NCBI GenBank assembly: GCA_950097015.1
Contig: CATNEN010000039.1
Span: forward strand, 9,734,001-9,798,000
Direction: 5' to 3'
Source: Macrostomum hystrix
Lineage: Eukaryota; Animalia; Platyhelminthes
Length of the DNA stretch: 64,000 nt
Of the stretch, positions 59,988 to 64,000 are shown piece after piece (the stretch's first letter is position 1; every line of letters begins with the position of its first letter). The notes beneath the pieces were generated by a model. It was not told where the DNA came from. It did no database searches and saw nothing but the letters and a program-made list of their open reading frames with translations. The translations under genes and the position numbers were made by a program.

Positions 59988-62506
59988 AAGATTTGGAAAC
60001 TAAATCCGTCAGGATTTGGAAACTAAATCCGTCAGGATTTGGAAACTAAATCCGTCAGGATTTGGAAACTAAATCCGTCAGGATTTGGAAACTAAATCCG
60101 TCAGGATTTGGAAACTAAATCCGTCAGGATTTGGAAACTAAATCCGTCAGGATTTGGAAACTAAATCCGTCAGGATTTGGAAACTAAATCCGTCAGGATT
60201 TGGAAACTAAATCCGTCAGGATTTGGAAACTAAATCCGTCAGGATTTGGAAACTAAATCCGTCAGGATTTGGAAACTAAATCCGTCAGGATTTGGAAACT
60301 AAATCCGTCAGGATTTGGAAACTAAATCCGTCAGGATTTGGAAACTAAATCCGTCAGGATTTGGAAACTATATCCGTCAGGATTTGGAAACTATATCCGT
60401 CAGGATTCGGAAACTAAATCCGTCAGGATTTGGAAACTAAATCCGTCAGGATTTGTAAAATAAATCCGTCAGGATTTGTAAACTAAGTCCGTCAGGATTC
60501 GGAAACTAAATCCGTCAGGATTTGGAAACTAAATCCGTCAGGATTTGTAAAATAAATCCGTCAGGATTTGTAAACTAAGTCCGTCAGGATTTGGAAACAA
60601 AATCCGTCAGGATTTGTAAACTAAATCCGTCAGGATTTGGAAACTAAATCCGTCACGATTTGGAAACTAAATCCGTCAGGATTTGGAAACTAAATCCGTC
60701 AGGATTTGGAAACTAAATCCGTCAGGATTTGGAAACTAAATCCGTCACGATTTGGAAACTAAATCCGTCAGGATTTGTAAACTAAATCCGTCAGGATTTG
60801 TAAACTAAATCCGTCAGGATTTGTAAACTAAATCCGTCAGGATTTGTAAACTAAATCCGTCAGGATTTGTAAACTAAATCCGTCAGGATTTGTAAACTAA
60901 ATCCGTCAGGATTTGGAAACTAAATCCGTCAGGATTTGGAAACTAAATCCGTCAGGATTTGGAAACTAAATCCGTCAGGATTTGGAAACTAAATCCGTCA
61001 GGATTTGGAAACTAAATCCGTCAGGATTTGTAAAATAAATCCGTCAGGATTTGTAAACTAAGTCCGTCACGATTTGGAAACTAAATCCGTCAGGATTTGG
61101 AAACTAAATCCGTCAGGATTTGGAAACTAAATCCGTCAGGATTTGGAAACTAAATCCGTCAGGATTTGGAAACTAAATCCGTCAGGATTTGGAAACTATA
61201 TCCGTCAGGATTTGGAAACTATATCCGTCAGGATTCGGAAACTAAATCCGTCAGGATTTGGAAACTAAATCCGTCAGGATTTGTAAAATAAATCCGTCAG
61301 GATTTGTAAACTAAGTCCGTCACGATTTGGAAACTAAATCCGTCACGATTTGGAAACTAAATCCGTCAGGATTTGGAAACTAAATCCGTCAGGATTTGGA
61401 AACTAAATCCGTCAGGATTTGGAAACTAAATCCGTCACGATTTAGAAACTAAATCCGTCAGGATTTGTAAACTAAATCCGTCAGGATTTGTAAACTAAAT
61501 CCGTCAGGATTTGTAAACTAAATCCGTCAGGATTTGTAAACTAAATCCGTCAGGATTTGTAAACTAAATCCGTCAGGATTTGTAAACTAAATCCGTCAGG
61601 ATTTGTAAACTAAATCCGTCAGGATTTGGAAACTAAATCCGTCAGGATTTGGAAACTAAATCCGTCAGGATTTGGAAACTAAATCCGTCAGGATTTGGAA
61701 ACTAAATCCGTCAGGATTTGGAAACTAAATCCGTCAGGATTTGGAAACTAAATCCGTCAGGATTTGGAAACTAAATCCGTCAGGATTTGGAAACTAAATC
61801 CGTCAGGATTTGTAAAATAAATCCGTCAGGATTTGTAAACTAAGTCCGTCACGATTTGGAAACTAAATCCGTCAGGATTTGGAAACTAAATCCGTCAGGA
61901 TTTGGAAACTAAATCCGTCAGGATTTGGAAACTAAATCCGTCAGGATTTGGAAACTAAATCCGTCAGGATTTGGAAACTAAATCCGTCAGGATTTGTAAA
62001 CTAAATCTGTCAGGATTTTGAAACGAAATCCGTCAGGATTTGGAAACTAAATCCGTCAGGATTTGGAAACTAAATCCGTCAGGATTTGGAAACTAAATCC
62101 GTCAGGATTTGGAAACTAAATCCGTCAGGATTTGGAAACTAAATCCGTCAGGATTTGTAAAATAAATCCGTCAGGATTTGTAAACTAAGTCCGTCAGGAT
62201 TTGGAAACTAAATCCGTCAGGATTTGTAAACTAAATCCGTCAGGATTTGGAAACTAAATCCGTCAGGATTTGGAAACTAAATCCGTCAGGATTTGGAAAC
62301 TAAATCCGTCAGGATTTGGAAAATAAATCCGTCAGGATTTGGAAACTAAATCCGTCAGGATTTGGAAACTAAATCCGTCAGGATTTGGAAACTAAATCCG
62401 TCAGGATTTGGAAACTAAATCCGTCAGGATTTGGAAACTAAATCCGTCAGGATTTGGAAACTAAATCCGTCAGGATTTGGAAACTAAATCCGTCAGGATT
62501 TGGAAC
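59988..62506. repeat. 23-bp minisatellite, ~109 copies, with an internal palindrome
   Basis: Unit GGATTTGGAAACTAAATCCGTCA, head-to-tail with no spacers. Confidence 0.98.
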
Positions 62507-63493
62507 TCATATGCCATAAGCCATAAGAAATTATTCTCGTTAATTTTACCCCTGGCTGTAATTAATGCCCTGTCGCCTATTTCGCACTCGTACTTTGAAG
62601 TGCCTGATTTTGGTTCTCAAAGCTGTTTAGAGCACTGAGCTGAGTTCAGACAATGCAGTCAGTTGGTCTTGGGCGGAGCTCATTAGCTTCTCGCGTCGGA
62701 TTCGCCGCTGTTTGAGTTGCTCCGCACGGAGGCACGACAAAAGGTTAATGAAGTGCTCAAGTTTCCTCCTCTTGTCGGTCGCTGTTGCTCCAGCTACGTA
62801 CTTTTCAAAGTTGAAAGCCTGAGTTAACTAAAAAACGTCAAGTAAACAAGACGATGGCAAGAAGCACGTGAGGAAAAGTTTTCAAGCGCATTCCGTCTCG
62901 AATGAGGATTTTTTCAAGGCCAGAGAAATGACTGCATAAGGATTACGGGAGACTTATGATGGGGAATTGTCTTTGGAAAAGATTATTACTTGTCATTACT
63001 GCTCAGTTTTTAGTGCCTGACATACTTTGTTGCAAGTGTCCTAAAGGTCTCAATTGGATTCAGTCAACTAACTTCTAATAACAGGCATTTAGCTGTGCAG
63101 TCGTAGCAGCCGGCCCTATAATCCGTGTGTCTTCGTCAGCGTATGTATTAATAGCTCGATAATATATTTAAACATAAACAGTTAATGGACTAGCACACTA
63201 AGCCCCCCTTGGGGGGGCACGGCACTGTTCAGACAAAAAATCTTGTGTAATGCAGAAGGACAAAACACACCTGAAAGCAAACAAAAACGAAAACTCATCG
63301 TCAGTAATTATTTCCCTGATTGCGATTCAACGAGAATTTGAAATACAAATACAAAAATAGTCAGTCTGAGCTTGAATACGTTCTGAGACATCCGGTCTGT
63401 ACACCAATTAGAGCCCCATTGGGGCAAAATTACACAAGTAACTTACGTTTCATACAACTCAGCTTAATGCTACTGAGGTACATGTGTATACTA

Positions 63494-63620
63494 TCCCCCC
63501 AGCAGTAAAAAACAGTGTCCCCTCAGTAGCAAATAACCAATGTCAACCCGGCAGTAAATAACCAATGTCCGGCCCCCCAGTAGCAGAGAACTAATTCCAC
63601 CCAGCAGCAAAGAACCATTA
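63494..63620 (-). repeat. Short degenerate array related to the 32.4-kb 25-bp repeat, in inverted orientation
   Basis: Units such as CCCCCAGTAGCAGAGAACTAAT and CAGTAAATAACCAATGTC resemble CCCAGCAACATAGAACCAATATCTCC, the reverse complement of the 25-mer. Confidence 0.55.
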
Positions 63621-64000
63621 TTAACCGTTCAACATATTTAAAAACTTAAGCGCATTTAGACAAGTGGTAATTGTAGGAATTGTGAAACGCGACTGTTTGT
63701 AGTAGTCGATAGCCGAAATTACACAAGAGCGAATAATATGCGATACAGTATATTTTATTATAAAATCTGAGTTTGAGCTGGGGTGGCGGCTAAAGCCGCA
63801 CCCCGTACATTAGCTAACGTGCGTGCCAAGGGGGGAGAGAGGCGGCAGAGAGAAAGAACGTAGAACGCCGCCAACCCCACGCACGCGTGACGGCTGGCGC
63901 CGCCTACACTTCTCCCCCCCAAAGGAATAAAACGAAATAGGAAAAAACTAAACTTTGAACACGAGATTAACAGTTCAGATGATAGAAACTTAATGAATGA

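Noticed and set aside
59988-62506. CRISPR-like array (palindromic repeat containing GAAAC)
   Set aside because: Units are head-to-tail with no unique spacers, there are no cas genes, and the context is eukaryotic.

Overview
Eukaryotic, intron-containing DNA from an invertebrate animal; the GC-rich exons, Ala/Gly-rich linkers and satellite-filled introns resemble a free-living flatworm such as Macrostomum, but that is inference. I reconstructed five spliced genes by hand, all with GT-AG introns and consistent phases. (1) CHIP/STUB1, a TPR plus U-box E3 ligase (minus, 2 exons, with a ~5.6 kb 28-bp satellite in its intron). (2) A 4-exon TMEM254-like gene that the ORF track misses. (3) A ~3033-aa sacsin-like protein with only two Hsp90-like repeats, a J-domain lacking HPD, a G/F-rich linker and a C-terminal HEPN. 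(4) A 10-exon ether-a-go-go (KCNH1/5-type) K+ channel. (5) A ~1764-aa DEAH-box RNA helicase fused to a complete RING1-IBR-RING2 (RBR) ubiquitin ligase, whose catalytic exon lies behind a 1.9 kb satellite. A TATA-preceded 72-aa ORF may be a sixth gene. The non-coding DNA holds at least nine tandem arrays, tRNA-headed CORE-type SINEs, a MITE with a 9-bp TSD, a nest of inverted-repeat elements including a 53-bp element with an 8-bp TSD, and retro/DNA-transposon relics. The best candidate for an undescribed system is the co-location of an RNA-helicase/E3 fusion, a rearranged sacsin-HEPN protein and CHIP, possibly a proteostasis or cell-intrinsic defence neighbourhood; any functional link is inferred, not shown. 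No CRISPR array, rRNA or genuine tRNA gene is supported.
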